Shown: positions 1-9,734 of the stretch, piece after piece | How the letters are laid out: each line of letters opens with the position of its first letter | Numbering within the stretch: position 1 is the stretch's first letter | Assembly: GCA_015065045.1 (NCBI GenBank) | Contig: SVRB01000001.1 | Location: forward strand, 1 to 57,871 | Origin: Oscillospiraceae bacterium | GTDB taxonomy: Bacteria; Bacillota; Clostridia; Oscillospirales; CAG-272 | Reading direction: 5' to 3' | Length of the DNA: 57,871 nucleotides | The notes under the pieces: model-generated | Told to the model about the DNA's origin: nothing | Database searches by the model: none | The model's input: only the letters and a program-made list of their open reading frames with translations | Position numbers and translations under genes: made by a program

Positions 1-1022
1 GCACCACCAAGACAAGTAGCAGCTCCACCAAAAGGCTCAATTTCTGTAGGATGGTTATGTGTTTCGTTCTTGAACATCAAAAGCCAATCCTGTTCTTCTC
101 CGTCGATCTCTGCCTTGATCTTTACAGAACAAGCGTTGATTTCTTCGGATTCGTCGAGGTTCTTCAAAACACCCTTCTTCTTGAGGTACTTTGCAGCCAA
201 AGTACCGATATCCATAAGAGTCATAGGCTTATTCTTTCTGCCTGCATAAACCTCTTCTCTCTTTGCAAGGTAGTCCTTGTAAGTATCGGCAATAAACGAA
301 TCCTCTATCTTTACACCGTCAATCTGTGTCAAGAACGTTGTATGACGACAGTGGTCTGACCAATATGAGTCGATAAGACGAAGCTCGGACAAGGTAGGAT
401 CTCTCTTTTCTTCGTCTCTGAAGTATGCAACGCAGAATTCTACGTCGTCTTCATCCATCGCCAAAGCGTATTCCTTTATAAAGCCCTTAAAATCGGGTCT
501 TGTCATATTTACAAAACCGTCGATAGTAGGAACCATATCGGGCATTTCGTGCTTATCCTCAAGAGATGCGGGCATTTCAAATGATGCTTCGCGGCTCTCT
601 ACGGGGTTGATCACATATTTCTTTATGCTTTCAAATTCGTCAGCAGATATATCTCCTGACAAAATGTAAATCTTAGCAGTCTTTACAATAGGTCTGTCGC
701 CCTGTGTAAGAATCTGAATACACTGTGAGCATGAGTCTGCTCTCTGGTCAAACTGTCCGGGTAAATATTCTACCGCAAAAAGCTTGTCTCCCTCTTTGTA
801 TTCAATATCCTCTGTCGCAACGTCTGTCTGCGGCTCGGAAAAAATAGTATATTTTGCCTTTTCAAAAATCTCCTCGCTGATTCCCTCAACGTAATATCTG
901 TTGATAAGTCTGACATTTTCAAGTCCGCCTATCATCAAATTTTCGCGAAGGTCTCTCTTTACGCCGTCCGCTTCAATTCGGTTGTCTTGCTTTCTTTCAA
1001 CAAAAACTCTGAAAACGCTCAT
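1..1022 (-). CDS. purL: phosphoribosylformylglycinamidine (FGAM) synthase, N-terminal ~340 aa; gene continues beyond position 1
   Basis: Absent from the ORF track because it runs off the window. My own translation from the ATG at 1022-1020 gives MSVFRVFVERKQDNRIEADG...KNETHNHPTEIEPFGGAATCLGGA, which carries the FGAM synthase signature. The start overlaps the mtaB stop as ATGA. Confidence 0.85.
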   Translation of the reverse strand, partial: MSVFRVFVERKQDNRIEADGVKRDLRENLMIGGLENVRLINRYYVEGISEEIFEKAKYTIFSEPQTDVATEDIEYKEGDKLFAVEYLPGQFDQRADSCSQCIQILTQGDRPIVKTAKIYILSGDISADEFESIKKYVINPVESREASFEMPASLEDKHEMPDMVPTIDGFVNMTRPDFKGFIKEYALAMDEDDVEFCVAYFRDEEKRDPTLSELRLIDSYWSDHCRHTTFLTQIDGVKIEDSFIADTYKDYLAKREEVYAGRKNKPMTLMDIGTLAAKYLKKKGVLKNLDESEEINACSVKIKAEIDGEEQDWLLMFKNETHNHPTEIEPFGGAATCLGG

Positions 1023-2344
1023 ATTAAATCTCCCTCAGTTATTCTGTCTGTTTCGTTATATTTGCTCAAAACGACTTTCGCTATGCTTCCGCAAAGCGCC
1101 TTATCGCTTCTAACCTTTACGTAAATAAAATTATCTGTATGTCCGTATAAATATCCATCCAGTTCCTTCTCAAACAACACGCTTAATGCCGTCTTGTTTT
1201 CAATAAATCGCTCTATACATCTTTTCTCGGACATATTTGCCATATCCTGCATAATCTTATGCCTTCTTTCCTTTACGTCCGGCATAATCTGTTCTTTCAT
1301 ATCCGCCGCTTCCGTTCCCGGTCTTATTGAATACGAAAATATATGGCTGTTAAGTATATCAAGAGAGTCTATAAACTCTATTGTATCTTTAAAATCTTCA
1401 TCCGTCTCACCCGGAAAACCAACTATAAAGTCCGATCCAAACGTTACGTTCGGTATCATCTCACGCATATACGATACACATCGCTCTATCATTCGCGTGT
1501 TATAACGCCTACGCATAGAATTCAGTATCTTGTCTTTTCCGCTTTGTAATGACAAATGATAATGCGGCATAGGCTTCTTCAGCTTAGACAATCTTTCGAT
1601 TACGTTGTCCTTCAGATAAGCCGGTTCGATAGAACCGAGCCTTATCCTGTCTAACCCGTCTAAATCTTCAAGCCTTTCCAAAAGGTCTATCAAGCTATAT
1701 CCCATTCCGCTTCCGTAAGCCGCCGTTTCAATACCAACTAAAACGATTTCCCTATAGCCGTTTGATACTATCTTCTCAACCTCGGCTATAACCTCTTCAA
1801 TAGGCTTTGACCTCACCCTGCCTCGTGCTTTTGGGATTATGCAATAAGAGCACTTATTATTACAGCCGTCCTCGATCTTCAAAAACGCTCTCGTTCTGTC
1901 CTGCAGAGTCGCTTCCATAGATTCAAATTCCGAATTAAAAGGATCACCTACGTTTATGTGAGGATATCTGCTCTTTTCTCCCGTCACAAGATCTATTGCC
2001 TTTGTTACGATAAGCATCTTGTCTGTCGTTCCGCTGATATAATCAACATTTTCAATATTACTCACATCAGTCGGAAACATCTGTGAATAACAACCACACA
2101 CAAGTATTCTTGCATCGGGATTTGTCTTAATTGCTCTTCTGATGATCTGTCTTGATTTGCGGTCGCTTTCGGCCGTAACGGTACACGTGTTTATTATATA
2201 AACATCACACTTTTCTGAAAAATCGCATATCTCAAATCCGTTCTCAGAAAGCCCGTCCGCTATTGCCTCGCTCTCATACAAATTCACTCGACAGCCAAGC
2301 GTGTATATTGAAGCCTTATATTTCTTGAACATTACTTTCTCCAC
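1019..2344 (-). CDS. mtaB: tRNA methylthiotransferase, MiaB/MtaB family (radical SAM)
   Basis: 441 aa. It has the N-terminal UPF0004 cysteines (TLGCRVN...NTCTVT), the radical-SAM motif CNNKCSYCIIP and a C-terminal TRAM-like region. Confidence 0.85.
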   Translation of the reverse strand: MEKVMFKKYKASIYTLGCRVNLYESEAIADGLSENGFEICDFSEKCDVYIINTCTVTAESDRKSRQIIRRAIKTNPDARILVCGCYSQMFPTDVSNIENVDYISGTTDKMLIVTKAIDLVTGEKSRYPHINVGDPFNSEFESMEATLQDRTRAFLKIEDGCNNKCSYCIIPKARGRVRSKPIEEVIAEVEKIVSNGYREIVLVGIETAAYGSGMGYSLIDLLERLEDLDGLDRIRLGSIEPAYLKDNVIERLSKLKKPMPHYHLSLQSGKDKILNSMRRRYNTRMIERCVSYMREMIPNVTFGSDFIVGFPGETDEDFKDTIEFIDSLDILNSHIFSYSIRPGTEAADMKEQIMPDVKERRHKIMQDMANMSEKRCIERFIENKTALSVLFEKELDGYLYGHTDNFIYVKVRSDKALCGSIAKVVLSKYNETDRITEGDLI

Positions 2345-2498
2345 ATATACTTAATCAATATATTCTAACATTTTTTCTCGCTTCTGTAAACAGATATCTG
2401 CAAATTTTTTTATATTTATTTTTTTCTTGCTTTTTTTCTAAAAAATATGTATAATTATTTTGTTATTTTTAATTATTTTTGCAAAAAGGAACAGAAAA

Positions 2499-3455
2499 AT
2501 GCGGACACTTACAGTAAAAGAAAACGATGCGGGACAGAGACTTGATAAATTCCTGAATAAAACTCTCAAAACTCTCCCCACATCCCTTATGTATAAACAG
2601 ATCAGAACTAAAAAAATAAAAGTCAACCGCAAAAGAACCGAACCTAAATATATACTGCAAAACGGTGATACTGTCGAACTCTTTATTGCTGAAGAATTCT
2701 TTGAAAAAGCCTCTGCTAAAGAACCGTTTACACAGTTAAAAGCAAATCTTGACGTAGTATACGAAGACAAAAACATTTTGCTTGCGGACAAACGCTCGGG
2801 GCTTATCGTTCATTCCGACTCAAAAGAAGACACGAACACTCTTATCAATCATATAAAATCATATCTCTACCACAAAGGCGAATACGATCCCGAGAGTGAG
2901 AATTCGTTCGCGCCCGCCCTCTGCAACAGAATTGACAGAAACACCGGCGGAATCGTTATTGCGGCAAAAAATGCTGAAACATTGCGCATATTAAACCAGA
3001 AGATCAAAGACAGAGAGATTACAAAAAAATATCTTCTTGCTGTTCACGGAAGGCTGAATAAACCTACCGGAGTGTTGAAAAACTTTATTCTTAAAGACGA
3101 AAACACAAACACTGTAAAAGTATACGAAAAACAAGTAAAAGGCTCTAAAACAGCCGAAACAAAATACAGAGTTATCGAAGAAAAAAACAATCTTTCGCTT
3201 GTTGAAGCCGAGCTTCTGACTGGGCGAACACATCAGATCAGAGCGCAGTTTTCCTACATCGGTCACCCACTCTTAGGAGACGGAAAATACGGAATCAACA
3301 AAGACGACAGAAAATCGGGATATAAATCTCAAGCACTGTATTCTTACAAAATCGGGTTTGATTTTACTACTGAATCGGGTATTCTTTCCTATCTCAAAGG
3401 CAAATCCTTTGAAGTCAAAAAGAATAATATATATTTTCTCAGAGAATTCAACTAA
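2499..3455 (+). CDS. RluA-family 23S rRNA/tRNA pseudouridine synthase with N-terminal S4 domain
   Basis: It has an S4-like N-terminus (RLDKFL...) and the catalytic motif NRIDRNTGG, followed by RTHQIRAQ. I moved the start to the ATG at 2499 (MRTLTVKE), which sits behind AAGGA. The track start at 2460 looks like an extension. Confidence 0.85.
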   Translation: MRTLTVKENDAGQRLDKFLNKTLKTLPTSLMYKQIRTKKIKVNRKRTEPKYILQNGDTVELFIAEEFFEKASAKEPFTQLKANLDVVYEDKNILLADKRSGLIVHSDSKEDTNTLINHIKSYLYHKGEYDPESENSFAPALCNRIDRNTGGIVIAAKNAETLRILNQKIKDREITKKYLLAVHGRLNKPTGVLKNFILKDENTNTVKVYEKQVKGSKTAETKYRVIEEKNNLSLVEAELLTGRTHQIRAQFSYIGHPLLGDGKYGINKDDRKSGYKSQALYSYKIGFDFTTESGILSYLKGKSFEVKKNNIYFLREFN

Positions 3456-3486
3456 AAAAAGAGCTGTAAAAGCAGCTCTTTTTTAA
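3456..3486. terminator. bidirectional rho-independent terminator between rluA-like and ylmC
   Basis: The hairpin is AAAGAGCTG-taaaag-CAGCTCTTT, flanked by an A-run and a T-run. Confidence 0.7.
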
Positions 3487-3776
3487 TGATATTTTTTCTT
3501 TTTGTTGTCGCAGCAATTAGGGTCGCCAAACGGAAGCTCACCGACGTTTACCAATATTATATCGTCGCCTATCTTATCTATTTTGCACCAAGGAACATTC
3601 ATTCCGTCGCATTTCCCAAACAAGCTTACCTTGTTATCACCCGGAACTATAAGCGACAATATCTTTCCGTCGCAAACGTTAAATTCAATATCTATAACGC
3701 ACCCAAGTCTTCTACCGTCACATATATTTATCACTTCCTTGTTTCTTAAATCAGCTATACAACATCTATCGAACAT
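3483..3776 (-). CDS. ylmC: YlmC/YmxH family sporulation protein (PRC-barrel)
   Basis: 97 aa. The sequence LRNKEVINICDGRRLGCVIDIEF...GKILSLIVPG is typical of YlmC/YmxH. Confidence 0.8.
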   Translation of the reverse strand: MFDRCCIADLRNKEVINICDGRRLGCVIDIEFNVCDGKILSLIVPGDNKVSLFGKCDGMNVPWCKIDKIGDDIILVNVGELPFGDPNCCDNKKKKYH

Positions 3777-3793
3777 ATATCACCCGTTTTACT

Positions 3794-5272
3794 CTATAAA
3801 ATTATGCAGATCAAACCACCCGAACCCTCGTTTATAAGCTTCTGCAACGTATCTCCAAACTTAAGTCTTGCCTCATGCGGTATCTGAGAAAGCTTACTGT
3901 TAAGCCCTTCGTTTATAAGATCATATAAACTTGTTCCAAACATATTAGACTCCCATATCTTCTTCGGATCTTCCTCAAATTCTCGAAGCATAAATTTTAC
4001 AAGCTCTTCGGATTGTTGTTCTGTTCCCACTATTGGATTAAGTTCTGTCTGTATCGTTGCCTTTATCATATGAACTGACGGCGCTGACGCTTTTAGTTTT
4101 ACTCCGTAAGACCCTTGTTGTTTTGTCATCTCGGGTTCTTCAAGCTTCAAATCCTCAAGTCTCGGCGTTACAATTCCATATCCCTTTTCTTCCACGTCCT
4201 TCAACGCCTGTTCGACCTTTTCGTACTCCCTCTTTATCCTTGACATTTCTATCATTTGGGAAATAAGCTGTTCTTCATTTTCTATATCAAGCTCGGTCAT
4301 TTCCCCTACTGTCTTATAAAACAAGTCGTTTTGGAGTTCTGAAAATACACTCGCGCTTCCGTTTCCTAAATCAACACCGTTTAGATTTACCGAAAGTATG
4401 TACTCATTTTCTTTTAAAGCGTCAAAAGAAGACTCTATATCTCCCGCCTTATACACCTTATTTGCGCATTCAAGCACGCTATCGGTCAAGCTTTTTCTTA
4501 TTCTATGGTCGTCATCAAGTGCATACACCCAAGACGGCATCTTTACTCTTATTTCACGTACAGGAAACTCGAGCAATACCATCTCAAGTATTCCCTCTAT
4601 ATCTGCCTTATTTAATTCAAGGCAGTTCACCAACGCAACCGGAGCCTTATATTTTTCTTCAAGCTCATATGCCAAAGTTTCGCTCTCGGGTGAATCGGGA
4701 TTTGCTGAATTCAACACGATCACAAACGGCTTATTGATTCTGTGCAACTCCTCGGCAACCCTTTCCTCTGCTTCTACATACGAACTGCGTCCGATCTCGC
4801 CGACCGTTCCGTCCGTTGTAACAAGAACGCCTATCGTAGAATGATCGTTTATTACCTTTCTTGTACCTATTTCTGCCGCTTCATCAAACGGCATCGGCTC
4901 CTCACTCCAAGGAGTCATTACCATTCTCGGACTTCCGTTTTCTATATGGCCCAAAGCCTCCGGAACTATATATCCAACACAATCGACCATTTTAACCTTC
5001 ATAGTTGCATTGTTCCCCAAATTAACCATTACAGCCTCATCTGGAACAAACTTCGGCTCGGTTGTCATAACCGTCTTACCTGCCGCGCTCTGAGGCATTT
5101 CATCTCTTGCTCTCTCCGCCTCATATTCTTCCTTTATATTAGGCAAAACCGCTGTTTCCATAAACTTTCTTATGAAAGTAGATTTTCCCGTTCTTACAGG
5201 GCCCACTACACCTATATATATGTCCCCGCCCGTTCTTGTTGCGATATCATTATAAATACTTGTATCTGTCAT
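3794..5272 (-). CDS. spoIVA: stage IV sporulation protein A (spore coat morphogenetic ATPase)
   Basis: 492 aa. The N-terminus IYNDIATRTGGDIYIGVVGPVRTGKSTFIRKFME contains a Walker A motif, and length and C-terminus match SpoIVA. Confidence 0.95.
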   Translation of the reverse strand: MTDTSIYNDIATRTGGDIYIGVVGPVRTGKSTFIRKFMETAVLPNIKEEYEAERARDEMPQSAAGKTVMTTEPKFVPDEAVMVNLGNNATMKVKMVDCVGYIVPEALGHIENGSPRMVMTPWSEEPMPFDEAAEIGTRKVINDHSTIGVLVTTDGTVGEIGRSSYVEAEERVAEELHRINKPFVIVLNSANPDSPESETLAYELEEKYKAPVALVNCLELNKADIEGILEMVLLEFPVREIRVKMPSWVYALDDDHRIRKSLTDSVLECANKVYKAGDIESSFDALKENEYILSVNLNGVDLGNGSASVFSELQNDLFYKTVGEMTELDIENEEQLISQMIEMSRIKREYEKVEQALKDVEEKGYGIVTPRLEDLKLEEPEMTKQQGSYGVKLKASAPSVHMIKATIQTELNPIVGTEQQSEELVKFMLREFEEDPKKIWESNMFGTSLYDLINEGLNSKLSQIPHEARLKFGDTLQKLINEGSGGLICIIL

Positions 5273-5307
5273 ATCTTCTTCCCACTTTCAGATTTTTCTT
5301 TTGGTAA

Positions 5308-5336
5308 TATCTATGCTTTTATCACTCTAAATATGA
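5308..5336 (-). promoter_or_regulatory. candidate sigma-E-type promoter of spoIVA
   Basis: The minus-sense sequence reads TCATATT-N14-CATAGATA about 35 nt upstream of the spoIVA ATG. This resembles the sigma-E consensus (ATATT ... CATACA-T). In B. subtilis spoIVA is sigma-E dependent. Confidence 0.35.
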
Positions 5337-5360
5337 CAGTCTTGTTTTTCAATATCTATA

Positions 5361-5400
5361 AAACAAAAAATAACTTCTGCATCTTGCAGAAGTTATTTTC
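5361..5400 (-). terminator. rho-independent terminator of potABCD
   Basis: The hairpin is AATAACTTCTGCA-tct-TGCAGAAGTTATT, with a T-run in the minus sense immediately after the potD stop. Confidence 0.8.
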
Positions 5401-5404
5401 TAAA

Positions 5405-6517
5405 TTACGATTCAATTAAAATATCTTCCCAAAGCTTTTCATAATAACCACGGATCTCGGAAGGAAGATCATGGAAGTACTGTGTCTTGGGCTTCTTATC
5501 TTCGGAAGGATAAAGTATCTCATTACCCTTGAATTCGTATTCTTCGTTATTTACAACGGCAGTATTGGGTGAAGCATAGCAGATATATTCTGCATTTGCA
5601 AGAGCCACCTCGGGTTCAAGCATGAAGTTTATATACATCATAGCTGCTTCATAGTTCTTTGCATTCTTCGGAATACAAATCGAATCCACAAAAATGTTTG
5701 TTCCCTCTTTGGGATATACAAATGCAAGATCTTCATTGTTGCTCTGCATTGTCAAAAAGTCGCCTGCATAATAAGGTGCGATAGCGGCATTTCCGCCCTC
5801 CATCTTGTTAAACACCTGGTCCATTACTCTGCCCTGCAACAACGGGTTCTGTTCCTTAAGCTTTGCAGCTGCTCTATCCCACTCAGCCTTATCTGTTGTA
5901 TTCAAATCAATTCCAAGCAAAAACTGAGATATTGCAAAAGCATCTCTGGGATTGTTGAAAGTAAGAATATTTTCCTTATATTTCTTATCCCACATTACGC
6001 TCCAGCTTGTAGGCGCTTCCTTTACCATTGTGGTATTATAAATAAGACCTACCATACCTACGCTGTAAGGAACGGAATATTCATTGTTTTCATCGAAATA
6101 GAGACCCTTGTATTCATCGTCGATATACTTATAATTAGACAACTTTGTCGTGTCTATCTTCTGAAGCATATTTTCATTCTTAAGTCTTTCGATCATATAA
6201 TCGGAAGGAATTACTATATCGTAAGATACAGCTTCACTCTTCATCTTTGCATACATAGCTTCGTTGCTTTCATAAAGGCTGTAGTTTACCTTTATACCCG
6301 TAAGCTTCTCAAATGCCTTATTTACGTCAAGCGAACCCTCGCTTCCGTCCGAAATATATTCGCCCCAGTTGAATACGTTAATCGTTGTACCCTCGTATTC
6401 ACGGCTATATGTTCCCTCAAGGTTCTTTACTGTATCGTTGGTCTTTCCGCATGACGCCATCACAACCATTGAGCAAACCATTACACATACCAAAAGCAGT
6501 GCTGTAATTTTTTTCAT
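5405..6517 (-). CDS. potD: spermidine/putrescine ABC transporter substrate-binding lipoprotein
   Basis: 370 aa with a lipoprotein signal (VVMASCGK). It is PotD-like throughout and is the last gene of a potABCD-ordered operon. Confidence 0.85.
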   Translation of the reverse strand: MKKITALLLVCVMVCSMVVMASCGKTNDTVKNLEGTYSREYEGTTINVFNWGEYISDGSEGSLDVNKAFEKLTGIKVNYSLYESNEAMYAKMKSEAVSYDIVIPSDYMIERLKNENMLQKIDTTKLSNYKYIDDEYKGLYFDENNEYSVPYSVGMVGLIYNTTMVKEAPTSWSVMWDKKYKENILTFNNPRDAFAISQFLLGIDLNTTDKAEWDRAAAKLKEQNPLLQGRVMDQVFNKMEGGNAAIAPYYAGDFLTMQSNNEDLAFVYPKEGTNIFVDSICIPKNAKNYEAAMMYINFMLEPEVALANAEYICYASPNTAVVNNEEYEFKGNEILYPSEDKKPKTQYFHDLPSEIRGYYEKLWEDILIES

Positions 6518-7324
6518 TTATTTTCCACCCTTAATCTTTCTTTCTGACTTTTCCTGTACCACGTTTATTACAATAAGCAATACAAGAATAGTTACAAATA
6601 TCAGCGTAGATAATGCATACATATCAGGCTTTACCGTCTTCTTTGTCATCGCAAATATCTTAAGCGGAAGCGTCTGGAAGTCGGCTCCCGTCGTATAATA
6701 GCTTATCACGAAGTCATCAAGTGACAACGTAAACGACATAAGTGCACCAGATATAACACCGGGCATAATTGCAGGCATTACTACCTTAAAAAATGCCTTT
6801 ATCGGTGTGCAGCCCAAATCAAGCGCCGCCTCATACAAATGCACGTCAGTCTGACGGAGCTTTGGCAACACGTTCAATATTACGTAAGGTATGTTAAACG
6901 TTATATGCGCTATCAACAACGTAAAAAAGTTGAGATATTCACTTAATCCCAAAAGCTTACCTGCAAACACAAACAACAACATCAAAGATACACCCGTTAC
7001 AATATCGGGGTTCATCATCGGAAGGTTTGTTACAGTATTCATCGTACTATACAAGTACTTGTTTCTCATCTTGTATAATCCGACAGCCGCTATCGTTCCG
7101 AGAACGGTCGCTATAAATGATGACGCTATCGCCAACACTATCGTATTTCTCAAAGCTTCCATAACGTCGCTCTTTGAGAAAAGCTCGTTATACCACTTTA
7201 ACGAAAAGCCTGTGAATACAGATGTGCTCTTCGATTCGTTAAAGCTGAAAAACACCATTATCAACAGAGGCGCATACAAAAGAACGTAAACGCAAAAATT
7301 AAATATCTTTCCAAACGTCTTCAT
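6518..7324 (-). CDS. potC: spermidine/putrescine ABC transporter permease
   Basis: 268 aa with six TM segments and an EAA-like loop (EAALDLGCTPIKAFFKVVMP). It sits between potB and potD. Confidence 0.85.
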   Translation of the reverse strand: MKTFGKIFNFCVYVLLYAPLLIMVFFSFNESKSTSVFTGFSLKWYNELFSKSDVMEALRNTIVLAIASSFIATVLGTIAAVGLYKMRNKYLYSTMNTVTNLPMMNPDIVTGVSLMLLFVFAGKLLGLSEYLNFFTLLIAHITFNIPYVILNVLPKLRQTDVHLYEAALDLGCTPIKAFFKVVMPAIMPGVISGALMSFTLSLDDFVISYYTTGADFQTLPLKIFAMTKKTVKPDMYALSTLIFVTILVLLIVINVVQEKSERKIKGGK

Positions 7325-8145
7325 ACTACCATACCTCCGTCTTCATCGGAGAACTTATTCATTACCGCCATACTGATGAGTATCATTATCATCAACACAA
7401 GCGATATAGAAGCGCCGAGATTGTAATTATATGAAGTCTGCATCTGTCTTTCAATCGCATCTCCAACGAGTGTTATCTTTCCGTCACCAAGCTTCTGGCT
7501 AATGTAAAACGTACTTACTGACGGAACAAACACCATAGTTATTCCCGACACAACACCGGGTAAACTGAGGGGCATTATTACTCTTCTGAGCTTATTAAAT
7601 CCGTTACAGCCCAAATCCTCGGCTGCCTCAAGCAAAGACGGCTCTATCTTAGACATTACGGTATATATCGGCAATATCATATAAGGCAAATAGTTATACA
7701 CCATACCGAATATAACTGCTCCGGGAGTTCCTATCATCTTTATAGGCTCTATACCAAAAGTTCCAAGAAAATTATTTATAAGTCCGTTTCTTTCAAGAAT
7801 ATTCATCCAAGAATAAGTTCTTATAAGCAAGTTCATCCACATAGGAAGCATTACGAGCATCATCTGAAGTCTTCTTGACATCTCGCTCTGTCTGCTTAAA
7901 AAATATGCAAAAGGATAGCTAATAAGCAACGTTATCACTGTCGCTATCACAGAATACAAAATAGAAATACCGAATATTTCTTTATATTCCTTAAGCTGAA
8001 AAATATTCTCCATTGTAAACGCTCCGCTCTTATCCGTAAAAGCATAATACGCAACAATAAAAAGCGGCACAACGATAAATATTACCGACCATACAGCATA
8101 CGGTGAATTCAAAGCAACCGAACCAAGTCTTTTTCTCTTGTTCAT
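7321..8145 (-). CDS. potB: spermidine/putrescine ABC transporter permease
   Basis: 274 aa with an EAA loop ([20 protein letters not shown]). Its ends overlap potA and potC by 4 nt each. Confidence 0.85.
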   Translation of the reverse strand: MNKRKRLGSVALNSPYAVWSVIFIVVPLFIVAYYAFTDKSGAFTMENIFQLKEYKEIFGISILYSVIATVITLLISYPFAYFLSRQSEMSRRLQMMLVMLPMWMNLLIRTYSWMNILERNGLINNFLGTFGIEPIKMIGTPGAVIFGMVYNYLPYMILPIYTVMSKIEPSLLEAAEDLGCNGFNKLRRVIMPLSLPGVVSGITMVFVPSVSTFYISQKLGDGKITLVGDAIERQMQTSYNYNLGASISLVLMIMILISMAVMNKFSDEDGGMVV

Positions 8146-9263
8146 TCGTCTACCTCTTCAAGCTCACTCATCTTATCCATTTCATCACTGTATGAGCTGT
8201 AATCACCATATTTACCTGAATATTTTGATTTCTTCATAACGTGAATTGCATCGGGCTCAATATAAAGACCAACAGTATCGCCTACTTTGCTTTCGTCTGT
8301 TGTCTGAATCATCCACTTAAAGCCTTCAACGTCTATAATTATTTCAAAATGTACGCCTCTGAAAAGAACCGACGTTACCTTGCCGACAAGCATTCCCTTT
8401 TCAACCGGTACAATATCAACGTCCTCGGGTCTGATTACCACATCGACAGGCTCGTTTGCTTCAAAGCCCTTATCAAGACAGTCGAACTGCTTTCCTACGA
8501 TAGAAACCTTATAGTCGCTTATCATATTGCCGTCAATAATATTGGATTCACCAATAAAATCGGCAACAAAAGCGTTCTCGGGTTCGTTATATATATCAAT
8601 AGGAGTTCCTATCTGCTGTATCTTGCCCTCGTGCATAACAACAACAGTATCAGATAAAGACAAAGCCTCTTCTTGATCGTGTGTTACATATATAAAGGTT
8701 ATGCCGAGCTTTCTCTGAATGTTCTTAAGCTCGTTCTGCATATCCTTACGAAGCTTCAAGTCAAGCGCTGCCAACGGTTCGTCAAGCAACAACACCTTAG
8801 GCTCGTTTACAACCGCTCTTGCAATCGCAACTCTCTGCTGCTGTCCACCGGACAATTTTGCTACACTTCTCTTTTCAAACCCCTGAAGATTTACAAGAGC
8901 AAGCATTTCCTTAACTCTCTTTTCGATCTCCTTTTCGGGCACCTTGCTAACACGCAATCCGAACGCTATATTGTCATATACGTTATAGTTCGGGAACAAA
9001 GCGTATCTCTGAAATACCGTATTAACAGGTCTTTGATATGGCGGCACGCCATTCTCCGACTTACCGTCAAAAAAAACATCCCCCGTCTGCGGCTCGATAA
9101 ATCCGGCAATTATCCTAAGTGTCGTGGTTTTTCCACAACCTGACTGCCCTAAAAGCGTAACAAATTCCTTGTCCTTTATTGACAAGTTCAAATCGTCAAG
9201 CACTTTTTCTCCATCAAACTCTACGGTGATGTTCTTAAGTTCAATAATGTTTTTAGAATTCAT
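8142..9263 (-). CDS. potA: spermidine/putrescine ABC transporter ATP-binding protein
   Basis: It has Walker [10 protein letters not shown], the signature [14 protein letters not shown], Walker B LLLDEP and a TOBE-like C-terminus. I set the start at the ATG at 9263 (MNSKNIIEL), behind AAGGGGGA. The track start at 9329 lies inside the structured leader. Confidence 0.9.
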   Translation of the reverse strand: MNSKNIIELKNITVEFDGEKVLDDLNLSIKDKEFVTLLGQSGCGKTTTLRIIAGFIEPQTGDVFFDGKSENGVPPYQRPVNTVFQRYALFPNYNVYDNIAFGLRVSKVPEKEIEKRVKEMLALVNLQGFEKRSVAKLSGGQQQRVAIARAVVNEPKVLLLDEPLAALDLKLRKDMQNELKNIQRKLGITFIYVTHDQEEALSLSDTVVVMHEGKIQQIGTPIDIYNEPENAFVADFIGESNIIDGNMISDYKVSIVGKQFDCLDKGFEANEPVDVVIRPEDVDIVPVEKGMLVGKVTSVLFRGVHFEIIIDVEGFKWMIQTTDESKVGDTVGLYIEPDAIHVMKKSKYSGKYGDYSSYSDEMDKMSELEEVDE

Positions 9264-9510
9264 TTTTTTGCATCCCCCTTTGCGGTAAAGACCGCGTACA
9301 GCTTCTGTTAAGCTCTGCGCGAACCCCATATCGGGCTAACCGATGCCCCCGCAAAGAGTTTGTTACAACTATATATACGCAAAAAGCAAGCTTCAGCTTA
9401 AACATAGTTGCAGCACTCGGTTTCTCAAACTGACTTAAAGTCAGTCACGGCTCTTGTTAAGAACTGCCCTGATATGTACATCTGACCCTTAAGTAAATCT
9501 AAAATTTACC
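9264..9510 (-). promoter_or_regulatory. long structured 5' leader of potABCD (candidate cis-regulatory RNA)
   Basis: About 245 nt lie between a TTGACA-N16-TATAAA promoter-like site (~9514-9545) and the ATG. Next to the SD is a 79-nt three-way junction (9278-9356). P1 is CUUUGCGG/CCGCAAAG, P2 is CAUCGG/CCGAU, and P3 is GCGCAGAGCUU/AAGCUGUACGC. There is also an upstream hairpin, TGACTT-a-AAGTCA. Confidence 0.4.
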
Positions 9511-9619
9511 CATCATTTATAAGGCGATGATATATTTTGTCAAACCTTTGCTTTTGACAAAAATGTTGGCACAGATGCAAAAATCGTTTTTATATTTTAT
9601 TATTCGTGTACATTATATT

Positions 9620-9648
9620 ATTATAAACACATTACAGCAATCCGTCAA
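9620..9648 (-). promoter_or_regulatory. sigma-70-type promoter upstream of pot leader
   Basis: The minus-sense sequence reads TTGACG-N17-TATAAT. Confidence 0.5.
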
Positions 9649-9682
9649 TAGTTTTTCCCATTTTTATACCTTAATACGCAAC

Positions 9683-9727
9683 AAAAAAGCACTGAACATC
9701 ATTCATCAGATATTCAGTGCTTTTTTA
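9683..9727 (-). terminator. terminator after the DUF1538/P-II operon (bidirectional shape)
   Basis: The stem is GCACTGAA...TTCAGTGC with A- and T-runs on either side, directly after the stop at 9735. Confidence 0.65.
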
Positions 9728-9734
9728 TCAGTAA

